Source: Psychroflexus sp.
GTDB lineage: Bacteria > Bacteroidota > Bacteroidia > Flavobacteriales > Flavobacteriaceae
Assembly (NCBI GenBank): GCA_051859645.1
Contig: JBHYFG010000004.1
Coordinates: 102,014 to 166,013 of the forward strand
Direction of reading: 5' to 3'
Length of the DNA: 64,000 bases
Under the pieces are notes generated by a model. That model made no database searches, had not been told where the DNA came from, and worked only from the letters and a program-made list of their open reading frames with translations. Below, one piece after another: positions 8,725-19,069 of the stretch. Position 1 is the stretch's first letter. Each line of letters starts with the position of its first letter. A program made the translations under genes and the position numbers.

Positions 8725-11547
8725 TTAAATTTCAAGTATATAGTTGGTTAAACTCTCTTCTCTGGGTAAATCCATCTTTTTTCGCAAACGATATCGTTTA
8801 ACTTCTACGCTTTTAAGCGAAATGTTAAATAGTGGTGCAATTTCCTTTGAAGACAAATTTAAACGAAGGTAAGCACATAGGCGAAGATCGTTTGGAGTTA
8901 AACTTGGGTGCTTTTCTTTTATTTTTTTCAAGAAGTCTTTATCGGCATTATTGAATGCTTCTTCAAAAAACTTCCAATCGTCATTATTATTAATGTTTTT
9001 ATCAATTATTCGAATAACTCGTTTTACACCGGCAGATCTTTCTTTTTCTTTATTGAGCTCGTCTTTAATGCTATTCAAAAATTCATTTTTCTTAATTAAA
9101 CTCATGGTAGATATGGCTAATTCTCTATTTTTTGAGTCAATGTCGGATTGAAGTTGTTCGTTCTTGATGCGCATTAACTTACGTTGACTTTCTAAATCGC
9201 GAAGTTCAATTTCTTTTTTATTTTCTTCCTTAAGCTTTCGTTTTTGTTTTTTGTAATTCGTGTTGTATATTGTATGGACTGTACTTACAATTAGAAGAAA
9301 AACAATAACATATACAACAAGCATTAAGTTAGAGAGAAAAAACGGACGTTCTATGGTAAAGGGATAACTTACCACGTTTGCCGAAAGTTGTCCTCCAATT
9401 TTAGACCTTACTTCTAAAGTGTAATTTCCGAAATCTAGGTTATAAAATGAAGCTTCGGGCTCTGATCTCCACTCACTCCACTCATCAAACAGGCCGATTA
9501 ATCTGTATTGGTATTCTGTACGCAAAAATTTTCCATAATTTGGGACGTAAAATTCAAAGTTTAAATTGTTATGTTTACTATCCAAGCTAGGCTTTTCAAA
9601 TTTTGACAAAAAGTTTTTTCTTTCGCTGATGGACCAATTTGAGACCGTACTAATGGAAGTGTTGAAGCTGAATTTTAGCTCTTTAATTTTCATTAAGTCA
9701 AAAATATAGTAACCTTCAGCATTTCCCAGCAAATACTTTTCACCTTCAATGGATGAAATAGACTCATAACCAAGCATTGTATTGCGCATACTTGAATTGA
9801 TGGGAATTGTAAACTGTATTAAACTTTGATCTAAATCATTCGGAATAAACTGATGAATTCCTTGCGCAGTAAACAGCCAAAGAACGCGTTTGTTTTTTTG
9901 ACTTATTAATCGGCCAGAGGAGTAGCCTTCTTCTTCGTAAGGATAAGAAAGAAAATCGTTTTTAATAAATTTTTTCTCTGTTGCATCATATTTGTATACA
10001 CCCTTTTCGAAGGCATAATAAATAGCACCTTCGAAACTAGCTAAACTAGAATATAAACCTCTTTGTGCATTTTTAATTTCATTTACTTTGGTGACTTTTT
10101 TAAACTCGGAGTTTAAACTTACTTCATAAACACCTTGGTATTCGTGACTAACTAAAAAAGTGTTGCTGTCCAAAAACTCCAAGTATCTTGCAGAAAGGTC
10201 GAAACCTTCAATAGTGTGAGAAAATGACCATTTGTTGTTTTCTTTCTTTAAAACAGAAATCCCATTGTAGTTTCCTAATAAAAGTAAATCGTCTCTTTCT
10301 GGAAATGAACGCAAAACCCACGTTGGTTTTGGGGTGACCTGCTCGATACCGAAATTATTTACCTCAAAAACTCCGTTGTTATGTCCACAAAAAAGTGTTT
10401 CTTGGTGTTCAAATAGCGACCAAACTTGGCCCGCTGTACCTTCAATAAATCTAAAATCGTCGTTTGAATCAAGTTTTTTGGCAAATAGGCCTTGATTTGT
10501 TCCTAAATAAAGAATGTCTTCAAAAACTAATGAAGTGTAAACCGTTCCCAATAAACCAGACTTGTCCTGGTAAATTCTTACAGGAGAATTGAGGTTAACA
10601 CAATCAATACCATGGTCTAAACCTAACCAGATGTTTTGTAAATTATCTTCAAACAACGAAAGCACCGTGTTGTTTCGTAGGGTTTGGTCTTTGGTAATAT
10701 GGTAATTTATTTCACCCGTGTCCAGACTAACAAAAACAACACCCTGAGAGATTGTACCAAGAATTAAATCCCCTTTTTTTGTTTGAAGCGAGTTATATAC
10801 TGTAAAATTAGCTAATGAACCAGAAGCATCCTTTTTCCAAGGCTTTGTTGATTCGTCTAAATGAAAAATACCTCTCTTGTCTGTTTGAACAAGTAACTCA
10901 TTTCCGTCTTTATAAATATTTAAAACTTGGTTTTCTGTAAAAACAAGAGCATCAGAAAGTAATTGAATTTGCGTGTTTTTGATGGTAAATATTCCTTTAT
11001 TGGGTTGACTAAAGTAAATTTCATTGTCCACTAAAAAAACTTTGGTAATTTCTCCTTCAATAGAAATTTTCCTTACCTCTTTATTTTTGCGATGATAGAG
11101 GTAGAGATTGTCAAGGGATTGAAAGATGAGCCAGTCCTCTTGTTGGACAATGGTCCAGAATTCTTCATTGGCTTCGATTTCTATGTCTATATTTTTTGAA
11201 ATAGATTCATAATTTAATTGTCCAAATTCGTCATACTCCCAATACCCAAATTCCCGAAAACAACCTGTATAAATTCGATCATTGATGGCATACACGGAGC
11301 GAATAATACTTTGGTTTGGAGATTTGTATAGTTGCCATCGCTCGCCATTGTAAACCATAAGCCCCTTGTTATTAGCTACATAAATCAACTCATTTTCATC
11401 TTGTGTAATGCTCCAGTTTTGATTATCCGAAAGGTATTCGGCAGGGGGAAAAGAAATAACAGGAGGTAAATCTTGTGCATTCATCTGAGGTGAAATAATG
11501 AAAATCACCAATAAGAAAAATGTATATAGGTATTTAATTGAAGTCAT
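8725..11547 (-). CDS. Membrane-anchored one-component PUL regulator: beta-propeller sensor, Y_Y_Y domain, TM helix, LuxR-type HTH
   Basis: YQYRL...FYNLDFGNYTLEVR (Y_Y_Y), TM NLMLVVYVIVFLLIV, C-terminal LTPNDLRLCAYLRLNLSSKEIAPLFNISLKSVEVKRYRLRKK. Confidence 0.88.
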   Translation of the reverse strand: MTSIKYLYTFFLLVIFIISPQMNAQDLPPVISFPPAEYLSDNQNWSITQDENELIYVANNKGLMVYNGERWQLYKSPNQSIIRSVYAINDRIYTGCFREFGYWEYDEFGQLNYESISKNIDIEIEANEEFWTIVQQEDWLIFQSLDNLYLYHRKNKEVRKISIEGEITKVFLVDNEIYFSQPNKGIFTIKNTQIQLLSDALVFTENQVLNIYKDGNELLVQTDKRGIFHLDESTKPWKKDASGSLANFTVYNSLQTKKGDLILGTISQGVVFVSLDTGEINYHITKDQTLRNNTVLSLFEDNLQNIWLGLDHGIDCVNLNSPVRIYQDKSGLLGTVYTSLVFEDILYLGTNQGLFAKKLDSNDDFRFIEGTAGQVWSLFEHQETLFCGHNNGVFEVNNFGIEQVTPKPTWVLRSFPERDDLLLLGNYNGISVLKKENNKWSFSHTIEGFDLSARYLEFLDSNTFLVSHEYQGVYEVSLNSEFKKVTKVNEIKNAQRGLYSSLASFEGAIYYAFEKGVYKYDATEKKFIKNDFLSYPYEEEGYSSGRLISQKNKRVLWLFTAQGIHQFIPNDLDQSLIQFTIPINSSMRNTMLGYESISSIEGEKYLLGNAEGYYIFDLMKIKELKFSFNTSISTVSNWSISERKNFLSKFEKPSLDSKHNNLNFEFYVPNYGKFLRTEYQYRLIGLFDEWSEWRSEPEASFYNLDFGNYTLEVRSKIGGQLSANVVSYPFTIERPFFLSNLMLVVYVIVFLLIVSTVHTIYNTNYKKQKRKLKEENKKEIELRDLESQRKLMRIKNEQLQSDIDSKNRELAISTMSLIKKNEFLNSIKDELNKEKERSAGVKRVIRIIDKNINNNDDWKFFEEAFNNADKDFLKKIKEKHPSLTPNDLRLCAYLRLNLSSKEIAPLFNISLKSVEVKRYRLRKKMDLPREESLTNYILEI

Positions 11548-12060
11548 GAGTTAACATTTTTTATTTATAAAGCTATAGTACTTTTTAAAAATTTTCTAAA
11601 TATAGTAAAATTATAAATGTATTGGTTAAAATCTCTTGTAAATGAACCCAAACAAAACAAAAACCTTTGGCACAAATATCTTTTCAATATATTGATTTTC
11701 ATACATATAATTAATTAAACATATTACAAGAACACTACAGCTTAATTTAAAAAAATGAATTGCAAGTCAGGTAAATATCATGGTGTGTTTTTGAGATTTT
11801 TTGTGACTCTCGTTGCTACTTGCGTTTTTTGTGTTACAAAAATTAGTTATTACACTAAATCTACAAAGTAATTACTAAGTTTTAAGAAGTTGATCTAAGG
11901 ATAAAACTTTTAAATTGATAGTTTAATTTATCAAGTAACCGGAATAAACAGTTAAAAAATTAAGCTTTAGCTTGTTTCATAAAAATACGTTAAATCGAAA
12001 TAAGTTTTAACATTTGGCATGCTGATTGAAGAATTATTACAAACTTAAAAACCCAAGATT

Positions 12061-12834
12061 ATGCAGTTCAAAAATTTTTTATTAGTTGCTTGTGCGGCCT
12101 TATTTTTATCAAGCTGTGCCGTTATAAGACCCGGAGAAGTTGGAGTAAAACAACGCTTAGGAAAACTAAGTGATAAACCCGTAGAAGAAGGAATACGTTT
12201 TTTTAACCCTTTTACTACTACCTTTATTAGGGTTCCTATTCGAACCACTAATGTCGAGCAAACCCTGTTATTACCTTCTAAGGAAGGCTTGACTATTGTA
12301 GCCGAAGTTTCGGTTCTTTACAACATCGAAAAGTACGAAGCGCCAAACATTATTCGAGACATCGGAAAAAATTACGAGCGTAACGTACTTATTAATACAC
12401 TAAGATCTTCAGCAGCGAATATTTCAGCTGAATATTTTGCTAAAGACATGCACAGTTTAAAGCGTAACGAAATTGAACGTTCAATTCAGGATAAAATGAA
12501 TCGAGTGCTTTCTGAAAAAGGTTTCGACATACAAACTGTACTAATGAAAAGCATCAATTTACCGGCAAGACTTTCATCAGCTATTGAAGACAAGTTACGT
12601 GCAGAACAACAATTTCAGGAAATGGAATTTATTGTACAGCGTGAGATTAAAGAAGCTGATCGTAAACGTGCAGAAGCCGAAGGTATTAGAGATGCACAAG
12701 CAATTATCAACGAAGGATTGTCGCCATTGCTAATTCAGTACCAAACCATTGAAGCTTTTAGAGAATTAAGCAGGTCTAACAACGCAAAGGTTATTATAAC
12801 AGATGGCAAAGCCCCTATAATGATAGGACAATAA
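12061..12834 (+). CDS. SPFH/prohibitin family protein with lipoprotein-type signal
   Basis: LFLSSC then VIRPGEVGV, PSKEGL, AIEDKLRAEQ, AEAEGIRDAQ prohibitin-like motifs. Confidence 0.85.
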   Translation: MQFKNFLLVACAALFLSSCAVIRPGEVGVKQRLGKLSDKPVEEGIRFFNPFTTTFIRVPIRTTNVEQTLLLPSKEGLTIVAEVSVLYNIEKYEAPNIIRDIGKNYERNVLINTLRSSAANISAEYFAKDMHSLKRNEIERSIQDKMNRVLSEKGFDIQTVLMKSINLPARLSSAIEDKLRAEQQFQEMEFIVQREIKEADRKRAEAEGIRDAQAIINEGLSPLLIQYQTIEAFRELSRSNNAKVIITDGKAPIMIGQ

Positions 12835-12895
12835 ATCTGCAATTCAACTTTTTGAAGTTAATCTCCTTCATTAGTAAATGCAAAACTTCCCAACG

Positions 12896-12923
12896 CAACG
12901 TCTTTTCTTATGAAAAGACGTTG
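12896..12923 (+). terminator. Hairpin downstream of the SPFH gene
   Basis: Perfect 12-bp stem CAACGTCTTTTC-TTAT-GAAAAGACGTTG; weak U-tract. Confidence 0.55.
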
Positions 12924-12961
12924 TTCGTTTATATAAATAAAATTCAATTCCAGTTTGGCCT

Positions 12962-12993
12962 ATACCGTTTATCAAGTAAAATTCCCGTTATTA
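12962..12993 (+). repeat. Degenerate copy of the 32-bp dispersed element
   Basis: ATACCGTTTATCAAGTAAAATTCCCGTTATTA, 27/32 identical to the 63809-63840 copy. Confidence 0.65.
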
Positions 12994-13199
12994 AATATCC
13001 TTTTTACGTTTCGTTTTTATCATTGCAAAAGAAACCACTTCTTTCGGTGTAATTGGTTTTTCTACTTCACAAATAGAAAGAATCATCACTCTCTTTCCCT
13101 GTAATTTCAACTGATCATTGGTGATATTTCAATATTTAATTGGTTTGGTTTCAACTAAAAACGATCATAAATATGTAATTTTGCATCAAAATTGATTTT

Positions 13200-13439
13200 A
13201 TGAAGTGGCTTGTGCGTGTTTTATTCTTTTTAATACTCATTTCGTTTGGGGTAGGTTTTTATGTCCGTCATTTTGAAGAAACACTTAAAGGCGATAGAAT
13301 AATCGGGCTATCGGTATTGGCTACTGTTTTTATTTTAATGCCTGTTTTTTTAGTGTATTCATGGAAAGGAAAAAAGCTTCAAGACTATATGCTGACCAAA
13401 GAAAACTTAGACAAAATGAAAGATAAAGGAATAGAGTAA
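13200..13439 (+). CDS. Small two-TM hypothetical membrane protein
   Basis: 79 aa, two hydrophobic segments, ATG preceded by TAATTTTG promoter-like box. Confidence 0.7.
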   Translation: MKWLVRVLFFLILISFGVGFYVRHFEETLKGDRIIGLSVLATVFILMPVFLVYSWKGKKLQDYMLTKENLDKMKDKGIE

Positions 13440-13889
13440 TGTACCTTTTGTTTATAACATTTCACACAAAAAGACACTGAATAGTCAAGTTGATCTTTAA
13501 TCACAGAAATTTCAAATAATTACTTGGTTAATTAACTAAGTGTTCAAGCTGAAAATTAAAAATATAGCTTTCAACATATTCTAATTTAGTAATGGAAGTA
13601 ATGGACTAATGCTACACGTTCAACTAAGTTTATTAGTAAACTTTAACTACTTCATCAGCTAAATAATGAAAAATGCTGCTTTACTAGCGAAACTTTCACT
13701 TATGTTTTTAAGCAAAATAAAAGTACTTGCGTAAGACTACCTATTCACATAACATAAATCTAAGCCATTTTAGACCTTGTTATTCGCTTGGAAATCAATT
13801 TTTTATTGTTAAATATGAGTAATATCATAAAAAAACAAGTATTTTAATAAATAAACCCTCGAAAAAAATTTTAAGGGCTTAATTATGTG

Positions 13890-13897
13890 TATGTTTG
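13890..13897 (+). promoter_or_regulatory. Bacteroidota -7 promoter box for cold-shock gene
   Basis: TATGTTTG matches TAnnTTTG, 30 nt before the ATG at 13928. Confidence 0.6.
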
Positions 13898-13927
13898 CAC
13901 TTTATTAAATTATTTATTTATTTCATT

Positions 13928-14122
13928 ATGGAAGGTACAGTTAAATTTTTCAACGAGTCTAAAGGTTATGGATTCATCACCAACGAGGACACAGGTAGAG
14001 ACATCTTTGTTCACGTAACAGGTTTAAATGGTGAAAACATCGCAGAAGGTGACCGCGTTGAGTACAATGAGCAAGAAGGAAGAAAAGGCATGAACGCCAT
14101 CGACGTTCGTGTAATCGAATAA
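13928..14122 (+). CDS. cspA: Cold-shock protein (CspA family); start moved from 13895 to ATG 13928
   Basis: MEGTVKFFNESKGYGFI (RNP1) and DIFVHVTGL (RNP2), 64 aa. Confidence 0.93.
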   Translation: MEGTVKFFNESKGYGFITNEDTGRDIFVHVTGLNGENIAEGDRVEYNEQEGRKGMNAIDVRVIE

Positions 14123-14148
14123 TATATATTATTTTTCAAGCTATTGTT

Positions 14149-14179
14149 AGCGCTCCTATTCTTTAGGGGCGCTTTTTTT
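14149..14179 (+). terminator. Intrinsic terminator of csp
   Basis: AGCGCTCCTA-TTCTT-TAGGGGCGCT followed by T-run. Confidence 0.85.
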
Positions 14180-14194
14180 GTGTATTTTTGCGGC

Positions 14195-14800
14195 ATGTTT
14201 CAAGTAGGAAAAACACTCGTATCTGAGGAAATTTTAGAAAAAGAATTCGCATGCAACTTAAGCGCTTGCAAAGGGGCTTGCTGTGTTGCTGGTGATGCTG
14301 GTGCGCCGCTAGAAAAAGGCGAAGAACAAAAACTAAAGGAAGTTTATCCAGTTGTGAAAAAGTACATGCGTCAAGAAGGCATACAAGCAATAGAAGCTCA
14401 AGGTACACACGTTACTTCAGATTTTGACGCAGAGGAGCTAGAGACCCCGCTGGTGAACGGAAAGGAATGTGCGTATGTTTTTTTTGATGAAAAACAAACC
14501 GCACTATGTAGTATTGAAGCAGCCTTCCGAAACAAGGAAATAGATTGGAAAAAACCTGTTTCATGCGAACTTTACCCTATTAGAGTAAGGCAATATTCTG
14601 AATTTTCAGCTATCAATTACGACCGATGGGACATTTGTAGCCCCGCTTGCGAATTAGGAAAAAGCCTTGAAGTTCCCGTTTATAAATTCACAAAAAATGC
14701 GCTTATTCGAAAATTTGGCCCCGATTGGTACAAGGAGTTAGAACTCGTAGCAGAACACTACCCAACCTATAAAAATCAGCAAAACAGTACTAATTCCTAA
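14195..14800 (+). CDS. DUF3109-type cysteine-rich protein (start moved to ATG 14195)
   Basis: FACNLSACKGACCVAGDAGAPL, ECAY, CSIE, KPVSCELYPIR, WDICSPAC pattern. Confidence 0.82.
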   Translation: MFQVGKTLVSEEILEKEFACNLSACKGACCVAGDAGAPLEKGEEQKLKEVYPVVKKYMRQEGIQAIEAQGTHVTSDFDAEELETPLVNGKECAYVFFDEKQTALCSIEAAFRNKEIDWKKPVSCELYPIRVRQYSEFSAINYDRWDICSPACELGKSLEVPVYKFTKNALIRKFGPDWYKELELVAEHYPTYKNQQNSTNS

Positions 14801-14930
14801 ACTTTTGCCTTTCAATTAAGTAGTAATGCAAATTTAAATTGCAAAATACGTAGATAATTTTGGCTAAAGTTTCATAATATAAAGGATTTATCTTATTTTC
14901 GCCCACTATATTTTTAAACACCAAATTAAA

Positions 14931-16997
14931 ATGGCGATATTAAGCAAAATTAGAGAAAGAACCGTATTTCTTATTATCATTATTGCACTAGCATTGTTCT
15001 CGTTTGTACTAGCAGACGTAATTAACCAAGGAGGATTTTCAGGAGAAAAAGGAGCCACCTTTATTGGAAGTGTAAACGGAGATGAAATCAACAAAGAAAG
15101 CTTTTCTCGTCAAGTAGAAAATTACAACAGCCAAATGGGAGGCTCAAGTATGAGGAACTTGAACCTTGTTTGGGAGTCTAATGTAAATCGTTTAATCCTA
15201 AAACAAGAATTTGAAAAGCTAGGATTGCAAGCCAGCGCAGATCAAATTCTGGATTTTATGGTAGAACAATTTGCCGGAGACCCACGTTTTCAGGATGAAA
15301 ATGGATTTTTTAGCGAAGACAGATTAGGAGAATATATAGCAAACCTGAAAGCAACTAGCCCGCAAGAATATGCCGCTTGGAAAGAATTTGAAAAGAATGT
15401 TGAAGTAGAAGTACTTACCAACATGTATTTTAATATGGTAAAAGCTGGCGTTGGAGCTACTTTATTTGAAGCTAGACAAAAATACAAGCGAGAAAATGAC
15501 AATTTATCTATCGAGTTTGTTCAAGTGCCATTCGATACAGCTGGAGATGTAGAAGTTTCTAAAAACGATATCAAAAAATACATTGAAGAAAACAAAGCTC
15601 AGTTCAAACAAGAAGCTACAGCAGATTTTCAATACGTGTTTTTTGAAGAAAAAGCATCTACAGAAGACGAGGCTAATATCCAAAATGAACTAGAAGAATT
15701 GAAAAATGCATTTAAGCAAACGGATGATGTAGCTGCATTTTTACTTAATAATTCTGAAAACCAATACCAAGATATCTTTCGTTTTGAATACGATTTTGAT
15801 GCAGCATTTGGTCCTGAAATTTTCAAATTAGATGAAGGTGAAGTTTATGGAACGTACAAGGACAGAAACTCTTGGAAGCTTTCAAAACTAGTGGAGTCTA
15901 GTACAAAGGTAGATTCTGCACAAGTAGCTCACATACTAATTACTTTCGAAGGAGGACAAATAGACCCTAACGAAACTAGAACCAAAGAAGAAGCAGAGCA
16001 ATTAGCTGATAGCTTACTTGCTGTTGTTAAAAGAGACGCTACTAAATACGCTGCCTTGGCAGAAGAATTTTCAGCAGATAAACAATCTGCTACTAAAGGT
16101 GGAGACTTAGGGAAATTAAAATACGGAAGTTTCTTTGAAAAGTTTAATGACTTTGTATTTGAAACGAACAACAGTTTGGGTGTTGTAGAAAGTGATTTTG
16201 GTTACCACATCGTAAAAGTTGAAGAACGCACTTCTCCTAAAAAAGCGGCAAAAATAGCTACTATTTCTCTACCAATCAGACCATCAGAAAAGACATTGGA
16301 TAAGGTTTATGAAGAAGCAAATACCTTTGCCTACGATGTACAAGGTGGAGATTACTTGACATTAGCAGAAGCAAAAGATTACGTAATTAAACCTGTAAAC
16401 GCTGTTAAAATATTAGAAGAAAACATTCCAGGTCTAGGAAAGCAACGAAACATTGTAAAGTGGGCTTTTGAAAACGACACAAAAATAGGCGATTCTAAGA
16501 TTTTTGATATCAATAACGGATTTGTAGTGGTTCAACTAGTAAGCAAAAAACCTGAAGGTTTACAAAGTGTTGAAGATGCATCAGCTAAAGTAATTCCTAT
16601 TTTGAAGCAACAAAAACAGGCAGCTAATATTATCGCTCAAATTAAATCTAATGATTTAGAGGCGGTTGCTGGCCAATTTGATGTAGCTAAAAAAACAGCT
16701 AGTGCCGTAAACCTTGATAGTCCTTTACTTCCTGGAGTTGGTCAAGAACCAGCGGTTGTTGGTGCTGCATTTGCTTTGAACGAAGGAGCTACTAGCGCAC
16801 CTGTAGTTGGAAAAAAAGGTGTTTTCTTAGTTAAGTTAACTAAACGTACAGAAGCTACTGAATTGCCTTCTTACGCTAGCGTGGCTAAAGAAGAAACAGA
16901 AAATAGAACAAGAAATATCGCTGGTCAATCGTCTAAACTTACAAAAGCGCTTAGAGAAGCGGCTGAAGTTGTAGATAATCGTTCAGACTTTTACTAA
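14931..16997 (+). CDS. ppiD: PpiD/SurA-like periplasmic peptidyl-prolyl isomerase
   Basis: MAILSKIRER + N-terminal TM; parvulin motifs AHILI, SAD..SATKGGDLG, SDFGYHIVKV. Confidence 0.85.
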   Translation: MAILSKIRERTVFLIIIIALALFSFVLADVINQGGFSGEKGATFIGSVNGDEINKESFSRQVENYNSQMGGSSMRNLNLVWESNVNRLILKQEFEKLGLQASADQILDFMVEQFAGDPRFQDENGFFSEDRLGEYIANLKATSPQEYAAWKEFEKNVEVEVLTNMYFNMVKAGVGATLFEARQKYKRENDNLSIEFVQVPFDTAGDVEVSKNDIKKYIEENKAQFKQEATADFQYVFFEEKASTEDEANIQNELEELKNAFKQTDDVAAFLLNNSENQYQDIFRFEYDFDAAFGPEIFKLDEGEVYGTYKDRNSWKLSKLVESSTKVDSAQVAHILITFEGGQIDPNETRTKEEAEQLADSLLAVVKRDATKYAALAEEFSADKQSATKGGDLGKLKYGSFFEKFNDFVFETNNSLGVVESDFGYHIVKVEERTSPKKAAKIATISLPIRPSEKTLDKVYEEANTFAYDVQGGDYLTLAEAKDYVIKPVNAVKILEENIPGLGKQRNIVKWAFENDTKIGDSKIFDINNGFVVVQLVSKKPEGLQSVEDASAKVIPILKQQKQAANIIAQIKSNDLEAVAGQFDVAKKTASAVNLDSPLLPGVGQEPAVVGAAFALNEGATSAPVVGKKGVFLVKLTKRTEATELPSYASVAKEETENRTRNIAGQSSKLTKALREAAEVVDNRSDFY

Positions 16998-17016
16998 TAT
17001 CGATTTTACCAAACAT

Positions 17017-17052
17017 AAAAAAGCTGATTCAAAAAAATGAATCAGCTTTTTT
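17017..17052. terminator. Bidirectional terminator between convergent ppiD and recJ operon
   Basis: AAAAAAGCTGATTCA / TGAATCAGCTTTTTT perfect inverted repeat. Confidence 0.88.
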
Positions 17053-17081
17053 ATTAGAATTATACTGTAAAAAACGGGGTA

Positions 17082-17378
17082 TTAGGTTACCTTTCCCAGG
17101 AACCATTGTACCAACGTATAAACAATAAATAAACTAATTGATAAAACAATTAGGTTAACTATTAAATTTTTATTTCGTTCTTTTTTTGCTTCATGTTTTA
17201 TTTCTTTTTTTACTCTGGCTAATTTGTTAGGGCAAACTGTTTTCTCTGAAAATTCAATGGTAAATTTAGACTTATGTTGCTCTTTAGGTTTTTTTCTTTT
17301 TTGTGAACGCAGTTGATTTCGGTTATTTTTCATCCGATTAATCATGTCTTGAATATGTCCTGCGCCACCTCCTAACAT
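17082..17378 (-). CDS. Small basic hypothetical protein with C-terminal TM helix
   Basis: MLGGG...DMINRMKNNR N-terminus, hydrophobic C-terminus; overlaps recJ stop by 7 nt. Confidence 0.65.
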   Translation of the reverse strand: MLGGGAGHIQDMINRMKNNRNQLRSQKRKKPKEQHKSKFTIEFSEKTVCPNKLARVKKEIKHEAKKERNKNLIVNLIVLSISLFIVYTLVQWFLGKVT

Positions 17379-19066
17379 CTAATGTCTTTAATATTAAGTT
17401 GAATACTAATAGTTCCGTTCCACTCGTTTTCTTCAATACTAAAAAGGATATCCACAGAACGATGTTCTTTTAATAAGGCTAATTTTTCGCCTAAACCAAA
17501 CCCAATTACATCAAACCGAGGGCCAGGTGCTTGTTGAAATAACGTTGCTTTAAGATGGGTTCCGTCGCTTCCAACTACTTTAGCAAAGCCTGTATCTTTA
17601 ACATTTCTCGCCATGAAAAGTGGACTCATATTTTCGGGGCCAAAAGGAGCAAATTGTTTTATAATTCGATGGAATTTTGGGGTGATGTCTGTGAAGTTTA
17701 TTTCCGCATCATAGACCAGTTCTGGTTCTAATAGCTTTGGGTCTATTTGCTGACGAACTACCTCTTCAAACTTTTGTTTAAATGCCGTGTAGTTTTCTTC
17801 TTTTAGGGTCAAACCAGCAGCGTACATATGTCCTCCAAACTGTTCAATGTATGCTGAAGATTCTTCAAGTGCATTATATACATCAAACCCCTTTACAGAA
17901 CGTGCAGATGCTGCTAATTTATCTCCACTTTTGGTAAACACTAAAGTAGGTCGATAGTAGGTTTCGGTAAGCCTGCTTGCCACAATGCCTATCACTCCTT
18001 TGTGCCAATTTTCTTTGTATACAACACTTGTATATCTGTTTTGTTCGTTTAATTCTTCAATTTGAAGCAAGGCTTCTTGGGTGATGTATTTGTCTGTGCT
18101 TTTTCGTTCTTGGTTATATGCTTCTATTTCTTTGGCAAATTGCTTTACTTTTTCTTCGTTTTTTTCAATCAATAATTCAACGGCATGTAAGCCATGTTTC
18201 ATTCTTCCTGCAGCATTAATTCTGGGGCCAATAATAAATACTACATCGGTAATATTCATTTCTTGCTTTTTATTCAGCTCGATAATTGACCTAAAACCTG
18301 GCCTGTTTTTAGTGTTAATTTGTTGTAATCCATAATAAGCCAAGACCCGATTTTCGCCAGTAATGGGTACAATATCTGCCCCAATAGCAGTAGCTACGAG
18401 ATCTAAGGATGGGATTAACTCAATAAAGTCTTGTTTTCTGATTTGGTGAAGCGCTTGAATAAGCTTGAAACCAACACCACAACCACAAAGCTCCTTATAG
18501 GGATAGGTACAATCTTCTCTTTTTGGATCTAAAACAGCAACTGCCTCAGGTAGTTTTGTTCCTGGTCTGTGGTGGTCGCAGATAATAAAATCGATGCCTT
18601 TTTGCGAAGCGTAAGCAACTTTATCAATGGCTTTTACACCACAATCCAAAGCTATAATTAATGTACAAGATTGTTCGTTTGCACGATCGATACCTAAAAA
18701 CGAAACTCCATACCCTTCTGTATACCTATCTGGTACATAAGGAACCACGTTTGGATAAAATGATGTTAGGTATTCAAACATTAACGCAACACTAGTTGTT
18801 CCATCCACATCATAATCTCCGTAAACCATAATTTTTTCTTTATGCTCTATGGCTTTTAGAATTCGTGATATGGCTAGTTGCATGTCTTTCATCAAAAAAG
18901 GGTCGTGCAAATCTGATAGTTGAGGTCTAAAAAATTGTTTCGCAGTGTCAAATGAGGTTATACCGCGTTGCGCTAAGAGCGCAGCAATGGTTTGGTTAAC
19001 CTGAAGTTTTTCGGTCAGGTGTTTAATAATTTCTGGTGAAGCTTGTGGGCTTAAATTCCAACGCAT
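17372..19066 (-). CDS. recJ: Single-stranded-DNA-specific exonuclease RecJ
   Basis: YGDYDVDG, ALDCG, CDHH, GPRINAAGR, GSARS-like ASARS, FGGHMYAAG, PFGPEN. Confidence 0.97.
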   Translation of the reverse strand: MRWNLSPQASPEIIKHLTEKLQVNQTIAALLAQRGITSFDTAKQFFRPQLSDLHDPFLMKDMQLAISRILKAIEHKEKIMVYGDYDVDGTTSVALMFEYLTSFYPNVVPYVPDRYTEGYGVSFLGIDRANEQSCTLIIALDCGVKAIDKVAYASQKGIDFIICDHHRPGTKLPEAVAVLDPKREDCTYPYKELCGCGVGFKLIQALHQIRKQDFIELIPSLDLVATAIGADIVPITGENRVLAYYGLQQINTKNRPGFRSIIELNKKQEMNITDVVFIIGPRINAAGRMKHGLHAVELLIEKNEEKVKQFAKEIEAYNQERKSTDKYITQEALLQIEELNEQNRYTSVVYKENWHKGVIGIVASRLTETYYRPTLVFTKSGDKLAASARSVKGFDVYNALEESSAYIEQFGGHMYAAGLTLKEENYTAFKQKFEEVVRQQIDPKLLEPELVYDAEINFTDITPKFHRIIKQFAPFGPENMSPLFMARNVKDTGFAKVVGSDGTHLKATLFQQAPGPRFDVIGFGLGEKLALLKEHRSVDILFSIEENEWNGTISIQLNIKDIRC

Positions 19067-19069
19067 ATG

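Noticed and set aside
12852-13140. ORF 12852..13052 (+) and an antisense reading ITNDQLKLQGKRVMILSICEVEK...
   Set aside because: The first runs over a hairpin and a repeat; the second has no usable start. At most a gene remnant.
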